DNA from: an uncultured Elusimicrobiaceae bacterium
GTDB lineage: Bacteria > RUG730
Reading direction: 5' to 3'
NCBI GenBank assembly: GCA_964421155.1
Contig: CAYQVV010000003.1
Location: forward strand, 1 to 32,389
Length of the DNA: 32,389 nt
This document shows positions 24,669 to 32,389 of the stretch, piece after piece. The first letter of the stretch is position 1. Every line of letters begins with the position of its first letter. The position numbers and the translations under genes are program-made. The notes beneath the pieces were generated by a model, which saw nothing but the letters and a program-made list of their open reading frames with translations, made no database searches and was not told the origin of the DNA.

Positions 24669-24712
24669 TAATTTTTGGCAAATATTAAAAAAAAGAGAAT
24701 TTTTTATTAAAT

Positions 24713-25516
24713 TTAAAAAGTTATTTTCTCTATATGTTCGTTATCAATTTTTATATCTAATATCTTTTCTCCAAAATTTAAAAAACTTTGTTCATCATCG
24801 CTGACGAAAAATTTATAAGATCCTTTTGTTTTTGTTTCAATATTATTATTTTTTTCTAAAGTATTATGGACAACTTTTGAAGTCTCTATTGCAGAATCTA
24901 CAATACTTATTTTATTGCCAATAACTTCTTGTATTACATTTTTTATTATTGGATAATGTGTGCATCCCAATATTAGAGTATCAATATTGAAACTTTGTAG
25001 ATCTTTTAAATATTCTTGAGCAATAGAATATGTTTCTTTTTTATCAATCCAGTTTTCTTCTACTAATGGAACAAATAATGGACATGCTTTGCTAAAAACT
25101 TTTAAAGATTCATCTATATTGTGTAAAGCCTTTTCATAAGCATTACTTTTTATAGTCCCTTTTGTTCCAATTACCCCGATTTTTTTATTTTTTGAGATTT
25201 TATATGCTGCTTCAGATCCTGGATTTATAACTCCAATTACTGGAATACTTAAATTTTCAGTTAGAGTTTTTAGAGAAAAAGATGTGGCAGTATTACAAGC
25301 AATAACTAAGATTTTTATGTTTTTTTCAAGCAGAAAGTTTGCAATTTGCATAGAAAATTTTTGGATAGTTTCTGGAGATTTATTTCCATATGGCACTCTA
25401 GCAGTATCTCCAAAATAAACAATATCTTCATTCGGCATTTCTTTTATAATTTCTTTCATTACAGTTAATCCGCCAATACCAGAATCAAAAATTCCAATAG
25501 TTTTTTTTAGTTCCAT
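24713..25516 (-). CDS. murI: glutamate racemase
   Basis: 267 aa. It has IGIFDSGIGGLTV, ACNTAT and LGCTHYP, the two catalytic Cys motifs. Confidence 0.95.
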   Translation of the reverse strand: MELKKTIGIFDSGIGGLTVMKEIIKEMPNEDIVYFGDTARVPYGNKSPETIQKFSMQIANFLLEKNIKILVIACNTATSFSLKTLTENLSIPVIGVINPGSEAAYKISKNKKIGVIGTKGTIKSNAYEKALHNIDESLKVFSKACPLFVPLVEENWIDKKETYSIAQEYLKDLQSFNIDTLILGCTHYPIIKNVIQEVIGNKISIVDSAIETSKVVHNTLEKNNNIETKTKGSYKFFVSDDEQSFLNFGEKILDIKIDNEHIEKITF

Positions 25517-25531
25517 ATTATTATCCTAATT

Positions 25532-26680
25532 TTAAATATTAATAAAATTTTCATTATCAAAGATTACATCCATATTCAGACATAAAATTTTATTTTTATT
25601 TATTGATATATTTTTTGAATTTTTTAAAATTTCTTTGATTTTTACAAAGTCTTTTTCTGTAGTCAAAATAAAGTCGCAATTTTGTAAAGATTTTTCAATG
25701 TCTTCAATTTTAAACCAGCAGTGATCTTGAAAAATAAAAGTTTTTGAAATTTCTATTTCTAATTTTTTTACTGTATTTATAAAACTGTTTGGGTTTCCAA
25801 TTCCAGTTAAAATATTTATTTTTGAGTTTTTAAAATTTGATAAATCATTAATATTTTCTAATTTTATAAATTCATTGTCAAGGTTTGAAAAATAAGAAGG
25901 AATATATTGTGAAATTATTAAATTTTTGTATTCTTTTGAAAAACCGAATTTTTTTAAATTTTTTATTGTAGAATCTATGTTTTTTGTTTCTGCAAGATTT
26001 GTTTTTGTAAGAATTATTAAATCTGCATTTTTTATATTTTTTATAGGTTCTCTCAAAGTCCCTCTAGGAATAACGAAATCTTTAAAAAATAAAAAGTTTG
26101 ATGTCAAGTCAATAAGCATAATATTTAAATTTTTTTTTATAGATATTTTTTGAAATCCATCATCTAAAATAATATAATCAATTTTATCAGTTGAAGTTGA
26201 TAAAAGCTTTTCAATGACTTTTGGTCTGTTTGCACCTATTCCTAAATAAATATTTGGATATTTATTTAGAATCATAGAAGGTTCGTCTCCAATTTCATTT
26301 AGACTTAAATTTGCTTTTTCGTTAGATTTTAATTTTATTTGTATATCTTTATTTTTTCTCTTATATCCTCTAGAAACAACAGCTATATTTTTAGAATTGT
26401 ATTTTTTTTTGATAATATCTATTATTTTCATTACAATTGGAGTTTTTCCGGTTCCTCCAGTAGTTATATTCCCTATGCTTATTATAAAAGATTTTTTAAA
26501 TTCATAAGTTTTAAAAATCCCTAATTTGTAAAACAATTCTCTTAAAGTTAATAAAATAGTGTAAAAAAAAGATAATAATAAAAATAAAATATTAAAAATA
26601 TTAAAATTAGATTTTTGAAAAATAATTTTTTTATATAATTTTTCTATGTTATAATTATTTTTGTTTAGAGTTTTTTTCAT
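25532..26680 (-). CDS. lpxK: tetraacyldisaccharide 4'-kinase (lipid A biosynthesis)
   Basis: It has the P-loop IGNITTGGTGKTP after an N-terminal membrane helix, then VVSRGYKR and DDGFQ motifs. The ORF is open to a TTG at 26716. ATG at 26680 (MKKTL...) is the first ATG and gives a more typical N-terminal length. Confidence 0.85.
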   Translation of the reverse strand: MKKTLNKNNYNIEKLYKKIIFQKSNFNIFNILFLLLSFFYTILLTLRELFYKLGIFKTYEFKKSFIISIGNITTGGTGKTPIVMKIIDIIKKKYNSKNIAVVSRGYKRKNKDIQIKLKSNEKANLSLNEIGDEPSMILNKYPNIYLGIGANRPKVIEKLLSTSTDKIDYIILDDGFQKISIKKNLNIMLIDLTSNFLFFKDFVIPRGTLREPIKNIKNADLIILTKTNLAETKNIDSTIKNLKKFGFSKEYKNLIISQYIPSYFSNLDNEFIKLENINDLSNFKNSKINILTGIGNPNSFINTVKKLEIEISKTFIFQDHCWFKIEDIEKSLQNCDFILTTEKDFVKIKEILKNSKNISINKNKILCLNMDVIFDNENFINI

Positions 26681-26756
26681 AGCCAATAGTCTAAAAAATA
26701 TTATTGCAAAATTCAATAAATAAATTAAAATTTTTTTAAAATGATAGGAGAATGTT

Positions 26757-27698
26757 ATGAATGAAAATATTTTTGATAATTTAAAACAATGTGATATTGC
26801 TATTATTGGAATGGGAGCAGCAGGGCTTCAAAGTGCTATACATGTTGCAAGAAGAAATGTTTCTGTTTTTGTATTTGGGAAAAAAGAAGATAGTGCTTTG
26901 TTTAAAGCAGAGGTTGAAAATTATTTTGGTTATGATGAAAAAATTTTTGGTTTAGATTTGTTAAATAAAGGAGAATCATTAGCCAAAAAGTTTGGGGCAG
27001 AGTTTTTTTATCAATCTATTATTTCAGTTAAATTTGATAATGATAAAAAAGAGTTTATTTTAGAAACTGAAAATTATGAAAAATTTTTAGCAAAATCAAT
27101 AGTTATAGCAACAGGAGTTAATAGAAAAAAATTAAATGTAAAAGGTGAAAAAGAATATATAGGAAAAGGTGTTAGTTATTGTGTAGATTGCGACGGAATG
27201 TTTTTTAGAAACAAAATTGTTTCTGTTGTTGGAAATGAAAGTTCAGCTTTTTTGGGAGCATTAACATTGTCAACTTATGCTAAAAAAGTAAATTTGATTT
27301 TTAAAGATTTAAATGTCTCAGAAAAATTGTATAACGAAGTATTAAGTAATGAAAAAATTGAAACTTTCAAAAGTGAAGAAATAACTGAAATAAAAGGCGA
27401 TGAAAATTTTGTAAAAAACTTAGAACTAAAATCTGGAAATTTTATAGAAACAGCTGGAATTTTTATTGAATTAGGAAGCAAAAGTGCTATTGAATTGTTT
27501 TCTTTTTCAGAATTGAGTTTAGACTTAGATGAAAATTTTAAACATATAAAAGTTAATGCTTTGCAAGAAACTAATATTAAAGGTATTTTTGCTGCAGGAG
27601 ATATTTGTGGATTGCCGTATCAAGTTGCAAAAGCAGTTGGAGAAGGATGTATAGCTGGAATAAGAGCAGTAGATTTTGTTAAAAATGATAAATTATAA
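26757..27698 (+). CDS. thioredoxin-reductase-like flavoprotein (low-Mr TrxR fold) lacking recognisable NADPH-binding motifs
   Basis: 313 aa. It has the FAD GxGxxG motif IIGMGAAG, the redox-active CVDC in the TrxR position (27180-27191), and C-terminal GIFAAGD. The second dinucleotide motif reads VVGNESSA rather than GGGxxA, and HRRxxxR is replaced by IFKDLNV. Confidence 0.7.
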   Translation: MNENIFDNLKQCDIAIIGMGAAGLQSAIHVARRNVSVFVFGKKEDSALFKAEVENYFGYDEKIFGLDLLNKGESLAKKFGAEFFYQSIISVKFDNDKKEFILETENYEKFLAKSIVIATGVNRKKLNVKGEKEYIGKGVSYCVDCDGMFFRNKIVSVVGNESSAFLGALTLSTYAKKVNLIFKDLNVSEKLYNEVLSNEKIETFKSEEITEIKGDENFVKNLELKSGNFIETAGIFIELGSKSAIELFSFSELSLDLDENFKHIKVNALQETNIKGIFAAGDICGLPYQVAKAVGEGCIAGIRAVDFVKNDKL

Positions 27699-27699
27699 A

Positions 27700-27728
27700 T
27701 TGAATATATTTTATATTGATTGTATAAT
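27700..27728 (+). promoter_or_regulatory. sigma70-type promoter candidate (TTGAAT - 17 nt - TATAAT)
   Basis: TTGAAT lies at 27700-27705 and TATAAT at 27723-27728, with exactly 17 nt between them. This is 40 nt upstream of the hydrogenase-like ATG. Confidence 0.45.
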
Positions 27729-27768
27729 ATAAAAATTTGTTAAATTAAAAAATAATTTTGGAGATGTT

Positions 27769-29217
27769 ATGCAAAATAAAAATGATGCGAATATAACTAA
27801 AAAAGGACTTTTGGTAAATATAATTAGTTATTTTATGAAGGGAGTTTTAAAAGAAGAAATTAATAAAATTCCGTCACAAATAAGACCTAAAAATATGCAA
27901 TCTTCGAGATGTTGCATTTATAAAGATAGAGCAGTTTTAAAATATAGAATAATGTCAATGTTAGGGGTTAGTGTAGAAAATGAAAACGATGAATCTAAGC
28001 AGTTAAGTGAATATTTAGAAGATGCATTAGAAAGAGATAAAAAAATAGATTCAAACATTTTAACTGTTTTGGATATTGCTTGTTCTAGTTGTGTGACTAG
28101 TAGATATTTAATTACTAATGCATGTCAAGGTTGTTTCGCTAGACCGTGTGTTTTTAATTGTCCAAAGGGTGCAATTTCTTTAACAAATGGCAAAGCTAAT
28201 ATAGATTATGATAAATGTATAGATTGTGGAATATGTACAAAAGTTTGTCCGTATCATGCGATAATTCGACTTCCTATCCCATGTGAAGAAGCATGTCCAG
28301 TTGATGCTATAAAAAGAGATAAAGATACAAATGTTCAGAAAATAGATTTTGATAAATGTATTTTTTGTGGGAAATGTATTCATGCTTGCCCATTTAGTGC
28401 TATTTTGGAAAGATCACAGATTATAGATGTCTTGAAATTAATAAAAGAAGGGAAAAAAGTTGTTGCAATGATTGCTCCTTCTATTGTTGGACAATTTCCA
28501 GTTTCTTTAGAGCAAATTGCTGGTGGTATTTTAAAAATAGGATTTTTTAATGTAGAAGAAGTTGCTTTTGGAGCAGATTTAACTACAGAAAATGAAGCAA
28601 AAGAATTTGTAGAAAAAATGAAAAAAGGAGATCGTTTGATGACAAGTTCTTGTTGTCCAGCATATGTTAGAACAGTTAATAAACATATTCCAGAATTGAT
28701 TCCTGCAATTTCTCATACACCTAGTCCTATGAGATTTATTGCTGAAACCATAAAAGAAGAAAATTCTGAATTAATAACAGTCTTTGTAGGTCCTTGTGTT
28801 GCAAAAAAGAAAGAAGCTATAGAAGATATAAATACTGATTTTGTTTTAACTTTTGAAGAATTAGATGCTATGTTTACTGCTATGGATATAGATCTTCAGA
28901 CAGTTGAGCCTATTGTTTTTTCTAGAAAAGTTAAAGGATCAGGAAGAGGATATGCTACTAGTTGCGGAGTAAGTTCTGCAATTTTGAAAGAAATGCAAGA
29001 AAATTCTAAAGAAGAAATTCCTAATATAGACAATAAATTTATAAATGGAATAGATAAAAAATCTATAAAACTTTTGGAATTGTATGCAAAAGGTAAGATG
29101 CCTGGGAACTTTTTAGAAGTTATGGCATGCGAAGGTGGATGTGTTGGCGGTCCTTGTGTTATAGGAAAAGTTCAAAAGGCGATTGAGATAGTAAAAAAAG
29201 AAGCAGAAAAAGAATAA
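27769..29217 (+). CDS. [FeFe]-hydrogenase-like protein (2x[4Fe-4S] ferredoxin domain plus H-cluster domain)
   Basis: 482 aa. It has two CxxCxxCxxxCP motifs (CIDCGICTKVCP, CIFCGKCIHACP). The H-cluster-type motifs are TSSCCPAYV, GPCVAKKKE and EVMACEGGCVGGP. Confidence 0.75.
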   Translation: MQNKNDANITKKGLLVNIISYFMKGVLKEEINKIPSQIRPKNMQSSRCCIYKDRAVLKYRIMSMLGVSVENENDESKQLSEYLEDALERDKKIDSNILTVLDIACSSCVTSRYLITNACQGCFARPCVFNCPKGAISLTNGKANIDYDKCIDCGICTKVCPYHAIIRLPIPCEEACPVDAIKRDKDTNVQKIDFDKCIFCGKCIHACPFSAILERSQIIDVLKLIKEGKKVVAMIAPSIVGQFPVSLEQIAGGILKIGFFNVEEVAFGADLTTENEAKEFVEKMKKGDRLMTSSCCPAYVRTVNKHIPELIPAISHTPSPMRFIAETIKEENSELITVFVGPCVAKKKEAIEDINTDFVLTFEELDAMFTAMDIDLQTVEPIVFSRKVKGSGRGYATSCGVSSAILKEMQENSKEEIPNIDNKFINGIDKKSIKLLELYAKGKMPGNFLEVMACEGGCVGGPCVIGKVQKAIEIVKKEAEKE

Positions 29218-29238
29218 AATTATAGGAAATATTAGTTC

Positions 29239-31131
29239 ATGGAATTAAAAGATAGTATAGAGAATTATTCTATTTTGAAAAATATAAATGATTTTAAAGA
29301 TATAAAAAAATTATCTTTTGAGGAATTAGAAAAATTATCTTTTGAGATAAGAGATTATATTATAAAAATTGTATCTGAAAATGGTGGACATTTGGCTAGT
29401 AGTTTGGGAGTTGTAGATTTAACCATTGCATTATTTTATATATTTGATATAGAAAAAGATAAGGTTGTTTGGGATGTCGGGCATCAATCATATGCTTATA
29501 AAATTTTGACTGATAGAAAAAATGAATTTTCAACACTCAGAAAATTTAATGGAATAAGTGGATTTCCTAAGATTAGTGAAAGTAAATATGATGTTTTTGG
29601 AACTGGGCATAGTTCTACATCTATATCTGCTGCTTTGGGTTTAGCAGTTTCTAGAGATCTTAAAAATAGAAATGAGAAAGTTATAGCAGTTATTGGCGAT
29701 GGATCAATGACAAATGGACTTGCTTTTGAGGGTTTGAATAACGCAGGAAATTTAAATAAAGATATGCTAGTCATACTTAATGATAATGAAATGTTTATTT
29801 CTGACAGAGTTGGAGCAATAGGTAAATATTTAACAAAAATTTTATCTGGAGAATTTGTTCAAAATTTAGATTCAATTGTTTCAAGAATTACAAAAAATTT
29901 AAAAATTCCACAAATAATTATAAAAAAATTGATAAGCAGAGCAAAGACTATTTTAACTCCAGGTATGCTTTTTGAAGAGTTAGGCTTTACATATTTAGGT
30001 CCAGTTGATGGAAATAATATTTCAACATTAATAGAAATTTTAAGTAAGATAAAAGATTTAAAAGGTCCAGTTTTGCTTCATATAATAACTAAAAAAGGTA
30101 AAGGCTATAATTTTGCAGAAATAAATCCTACGAAATTTCATGGAATAAGTAGTTTTGATGAAGATACAGGAGAAGCACATAAAATTGTAGGAAAAAAAAA
30201 GACATATACTCAAGTTTTTGGAGAGACTTTAGTTAAAGAAGCAGAAAAAAATAAATCAATAGTTGCAATCACTGCAGCGATGTGTGAAGGAACAGGATTA
30301 GTTGATTTCGCCAATAAATTTCCTGATAGATATTTTGATGTGGGAATAGCAGAATCTCATGCATTAACTTTTGCTGCAGGTTTGTCAGTAAATGGAATTA
30401 TTCCTATCTGTGCTATATATTCAACTTTTTTACAAAGAGCTTTTGATCAAGTTTTGCATGATATATGTTTACAGAATCTTCCAGTTATTATAGCTATAGA
30501 TAGATCTGGAATAGTTGGAGAAGACGGTCCTACTCACCATGGAGTTTTTGACATTTCTTTTTTAAGAATAATTCCCAATTTAATATTTATGTCTCCTAAA
30601 GATGAAAATGAACTTTCTTTAATGTTAAGAACAGCTATAGAATTAAAAAAGCCTTGTGCAATTAGATATCCTAGAGGTGAAGGATTTGGAATAGAAATAG
30701 ATTATAACACTCCAATTTTAGAAATAGGAGATCAAGAAGTAATTTTTGATAAAGGCAATATTTGTGTATTTGCTACAGGAAATATGTTAATTAGAACAAA
30801 AAATGCTATAGAAAAATTATCCAAAGAAAATATGTTTTTTAAATTAGTAAATATTAGATTTTTAAAACCTATTAACGAAAATTTTATAAAAGAGTTTGTG
30901 AAAAATTCAGATATAATAATTACTTTAGAAGAAAATATATTATCTGGAGGAATGGGGTCAAATATTAAAGAAATTTTATCTGATGAAGGAAATAAAAAAA
31001 TTTTGTCCTTAGGCTTACCGGATAAGTTTATTGAACATGGTGGACAAGAAAAATTGAGAGATATATATAATCTTTCAGAAGAAAAAATTTATTTAATTTT
31101 AAAAGAAATATATCAAAGCAATGAAAAATAA
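29239..31131 (+). CDS. dxs: 1-deoxy-D-xylulose-5-phosphate synthase
   Basis: 630 aa. It has GGHLASSLGVVDLT, the ThDP motif GDGSMTNGLAFEGLNNAG, DVGIAE.HA and DGPTHHG. Confidence 0.95.
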   Translation: MELKDSIENYSILKNINDFKDIKKLSFEELEKLSFEIRDYIIKIVSENGGHLASSLGVVDLTIALFYIFDIEKDKVVWDVGHQSYAYKILTDRKNEFSTLRKFNGISGFPKISESKYDVFGTGHSSTSISAALGLAVSRDLKNRNEKVIAVIGDGSMTNGLAFEGLNNAGNLNKDMLVILNDNEMFISDRVGAIGKYLTKILSGEFVQNLDSIVSRITKNLKIPQIIIKKLISRAKTILTPGMLFEELGFTYLGPVDGNNISTLIEILSKIKDLKGPVLLHIITKKGKGYNFAEINPTKFHGISSFDEDTGEAHKIVGKKKTYTQVFGETLVKEAEKNKSIVAITAAMCEGTGLVDFANKFPDRYFDVGIAESHALTFAAGLSVNGIIPICAIYSTFLQRAFDQVLHDICLQNLPVIIAIDRSGIVGEDGPTHHGVFDISFLRIIPNLIFMSPKDENELSLMLRTAIELKKPCAIRYPRGEGFGIEIDYNTPILEIGDQEVIFDKGNICVFATGNMLIRTKNAIEKLSKENMFFKLVNIRFLKPINENFIKEFVKNSDIIITLEENILSGGMGSNIKEILSDEGNKKILSLGLPDKFIEHGGQEKLRDIYNLSEEKIYLILKEIYQSNEK

Positions 31132-32026
31132 AAAAAAATATAATAATTTTTTAATAATAATATTATTTTTTGCTAATATATTTTTATGGTTTTATTATTT
31201 TGTAAATTATACAGATATTTTTAATGAAAAAAAAAGTTTGATAATAAATAATTCAGAAAAAAAACAAAATAATTTAGATATAACCTTTTACTCTAATGAA
31301 AAAAATAGAGCAATTTTAATAAAAACTCCAGAGAATAGAATTATTATTATAGATTTGATAGATAAAGATAGTATAAACAAGGTAATAAATTATTTTAAAA
31401 AGAATGATATTTTGATTATAGATATGTTTTTATATTCAAATTTAAAAACCAATTTTATTCCTATTTTTAAAAAAATTTTAAATAATATTGTGGTAATTAA
31501 AGTCTTAAATGTTTTTTCATTAAATAATATTCCAAAAATAGATTTTTTTTTAGATTTTACTAAGAATCATCCAGAGATGATATATGAAAGAATTCAACAA
31601 ACAAGAGAAGTATTTATTGAGCCTTATTTAAAATTTAAAATTTTTTATCCATTTGATAAAAATCAAAATAAAAGTATAGGCAATCCAGTTATTTTATTAA
31701 TATATAAAAATACAAGAATTTTATTTAGTTGTGAAAATACTTATAAAGATCAATATTTTTTAATGCAAAATCATGATTTTGTTGAAGAAATAAATAATAA
31801 TAAGATTAATATATTTGAATATCCAAATGTTTCTTTTGAAATGACAATTTTTCCTGAATTTTTTGAAAAAATAAACCCAAAATATATTATTGTTAATAAA
31901 AAATCTTTATTTAATAATGATTTTTTGGATTTAAATATCTGTAATAAAGTTCCGGATTCTAATATAAAAAAAATAGTTAATAATTTTTTAAGTTTTAAAA
32001 GTGATGGAGATTATATATATTTTTGA
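31121..32026 (+). CDS. membrane-anchored ComEC-lactamase-like domain protein, catalytic motifs lost
   Basis: 301 aa with one N-terminal TM helix. LDITFYSNEKNRAILIKTPENRIIIIDL aligns to the start of the ComEC metallo-beta-lactamase domain (fLDVGQGDailI.tp.g..iLID.G). No HxHxDH motif is present. It overlaps the dxs stop by 11 nt. Confidence 0.35.
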   Translation: MKNKKKYNNFLIIILFFANIFLWFYYFVNYTDIFNEKKSLIINNSEKKQNNLDITFYSNEKNRAILIKTPENRIIIIDLIDKDSINKVINYFKKNDILIIDMFLYSNLKTNFIPIFKKILNNIVVIKVLNVFSLNNIPKIDFFLDFTKNHPEMIYERIQQTREVFIEPYLKFKIFYPFDKNQNKSIGNPVILLIYKNTRILFSCENTYKDQYFLMQNHDFVEEINNNKINIFEYPNVSFEMTIFPEFFEKINPKYIIVNKKSLFNNDFLDLNICNKVPDSNIKKIVNNFLSFKSDGDYIYF

Positions 32027-32040
32027 TATAGGATTATTTT

Positions 32041-32389
32041 ATGTTTAAAAATGAAAAGAAGATTATAAAATTTTTATTATTTTATTGTTTATTATTGTTT
32101 TTTTTAGGATATATATTTGCGGATATAAATGAAGATTTGTTGGATATAGAAGATAAAATTACAAAGTTGGATGGAAAAAAAGATAAGAAATCTAAGAAAA
32201 AATTAGAAGAGCTTACAGAAAAGAGAGATTCTATTCAAAATAGCATTTTAAAATCTAAAGAAATAGAAGAAAAGATGAAGAATGAAATAATCCTTAAGCA
32301 GAATATTTTAGAAGAAGAAAAAAGAAAAGAAGAGGAAAAAAGAAAAGAAGAGGAAAAAAATAATGAAATAAGCATTAATAATAAAAATA
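32041..32389 (+). CDS. secreted/anchored coiled-coil protein, N-terminal part (continues beyond the window)
   Basis: This ORF is not in the supplied track because it has no stop within the window. From ATG 32041 the frame stays open to the end. It has a hydrophobic signal-like segment (FLLFYCLLLFFLGYIFA) followed by K/E-rich heptad-like sequence. Confidence 0.5.
   Translation, partial: MFKNEKKIIKFLLFYCLLLFFLGYIFADINEDLLDIEDKITKLDGKKDKKSKKKLEELTEKRDSIQNSILKSKEIEEKMKNEIILKQNILEEEKRKEEEKRKEEEKNNEISINNKN
32320..32355 (+). repeat. perfect 2 x 18-bp tandem repeat (AAAAGAAAAGAAGAGGAA) encoding KRKEEE twice
   Basis: Read directly from the sequence: 32320-32337 is identical to 32338-32355. Confidence 0.85.

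Noticed and set aside
24669-24712. A possible bidirectional terminator between the convergent DUF1016 and murI genes.
   Set aside because: Only very weak A/T-only self-complementarity is present (AAAAAAGAGAATTTTTT), with no G+C-containing stem. This is not supportable.
1454-29774. Many 60-122-aa ORFs in the track lie antisense to, or out of frame within, larger genes. They are 1454-1699(-), 4996-5181(-), 5353-5547(-), 7030-7398(-), 8868-9170(-), 10075-10266(-), 11335-11544(-), 12231-12455(-), 12720-12965(-), 13576-13761(+), 14325-14609(-), 17250-17480(-), 17999-18214(-), 21810-22124(-), 23929-24237(-), 24619-24804(+), 25926-26153(+), 26339-26524(+), 27275-27481(-), 28180-28383(-) and 29496-29774(-).
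   Set aside because: Each is embedded in a longer ORF that has clear family motifs. Their translations are low-complexity with no recognisable motifs or RBS. They are shadow ORFs of the kind expected by chance.

Overview
The window is very AT-rich and comes from a Gram-negative-type (diderm) anaerobe: it encodes lpxK, an outer-membrane porin, an [FeFe]-hydrogenase-like protein and the MEP-pathway enzyme dxs. I cannot name the taxon. It uses the standard genetic code and GGAG-type ribosome-binding sites. Almost everything is on the + strand; only murI and lpxK are on the minus strand. Gene order is: pyrB (3' part), pyrC, holA, ruvX, an orphan V-ATPase subunit C-like gene, a PilZ-like gene, a highly diverged ComEC/Rec2-like membrane protein, queD, a membrane protein with a dead GGDEF domain, a phosphate module (porin, pstS, pstC, pstA, pstB, a 1.2-kb gap, phoU), a giant helicase-nuclease, a YhcG/DUF1016 nuclease, murI and lpxK (minus strand), a TrxR-like flavoprotein, the [FeFe]-hydrogenase-like protein, dxs, a degenerate ComEC-lactamase-like protein, and a partial coiled-coil secreted protein. 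There are three main points of interest. (1) A 5.5-kb gene encodes a fusion of DUF4011, a split Upf1-like SF1 helicase, a Vsr/DUF559-type endonuclease and DUF3320. It is bracketed by 82-bp perfectly identical direct repeats and followed by a PD-(D/E)xK (DUF1016) nuclease gene. This two-gene accessory, candidate-defence island sits between phoU and murI. (2) The pst operon is broken up by about 170-bp palindromic repeat elements that flank pstCAB, and by a 1.2-kb ORF-free, repeat- and hairpin-rich insert between pstB and phoU. (3) Six helically phased 11-bp repeats with TTAACA cores (Pho-box-like) lie upstream of the porin-pstS unit. I saw no rRNA, tRNA, CRISPR array, transposase or integrase. 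All domain calls come from reading motifs by eye, not from database searches.
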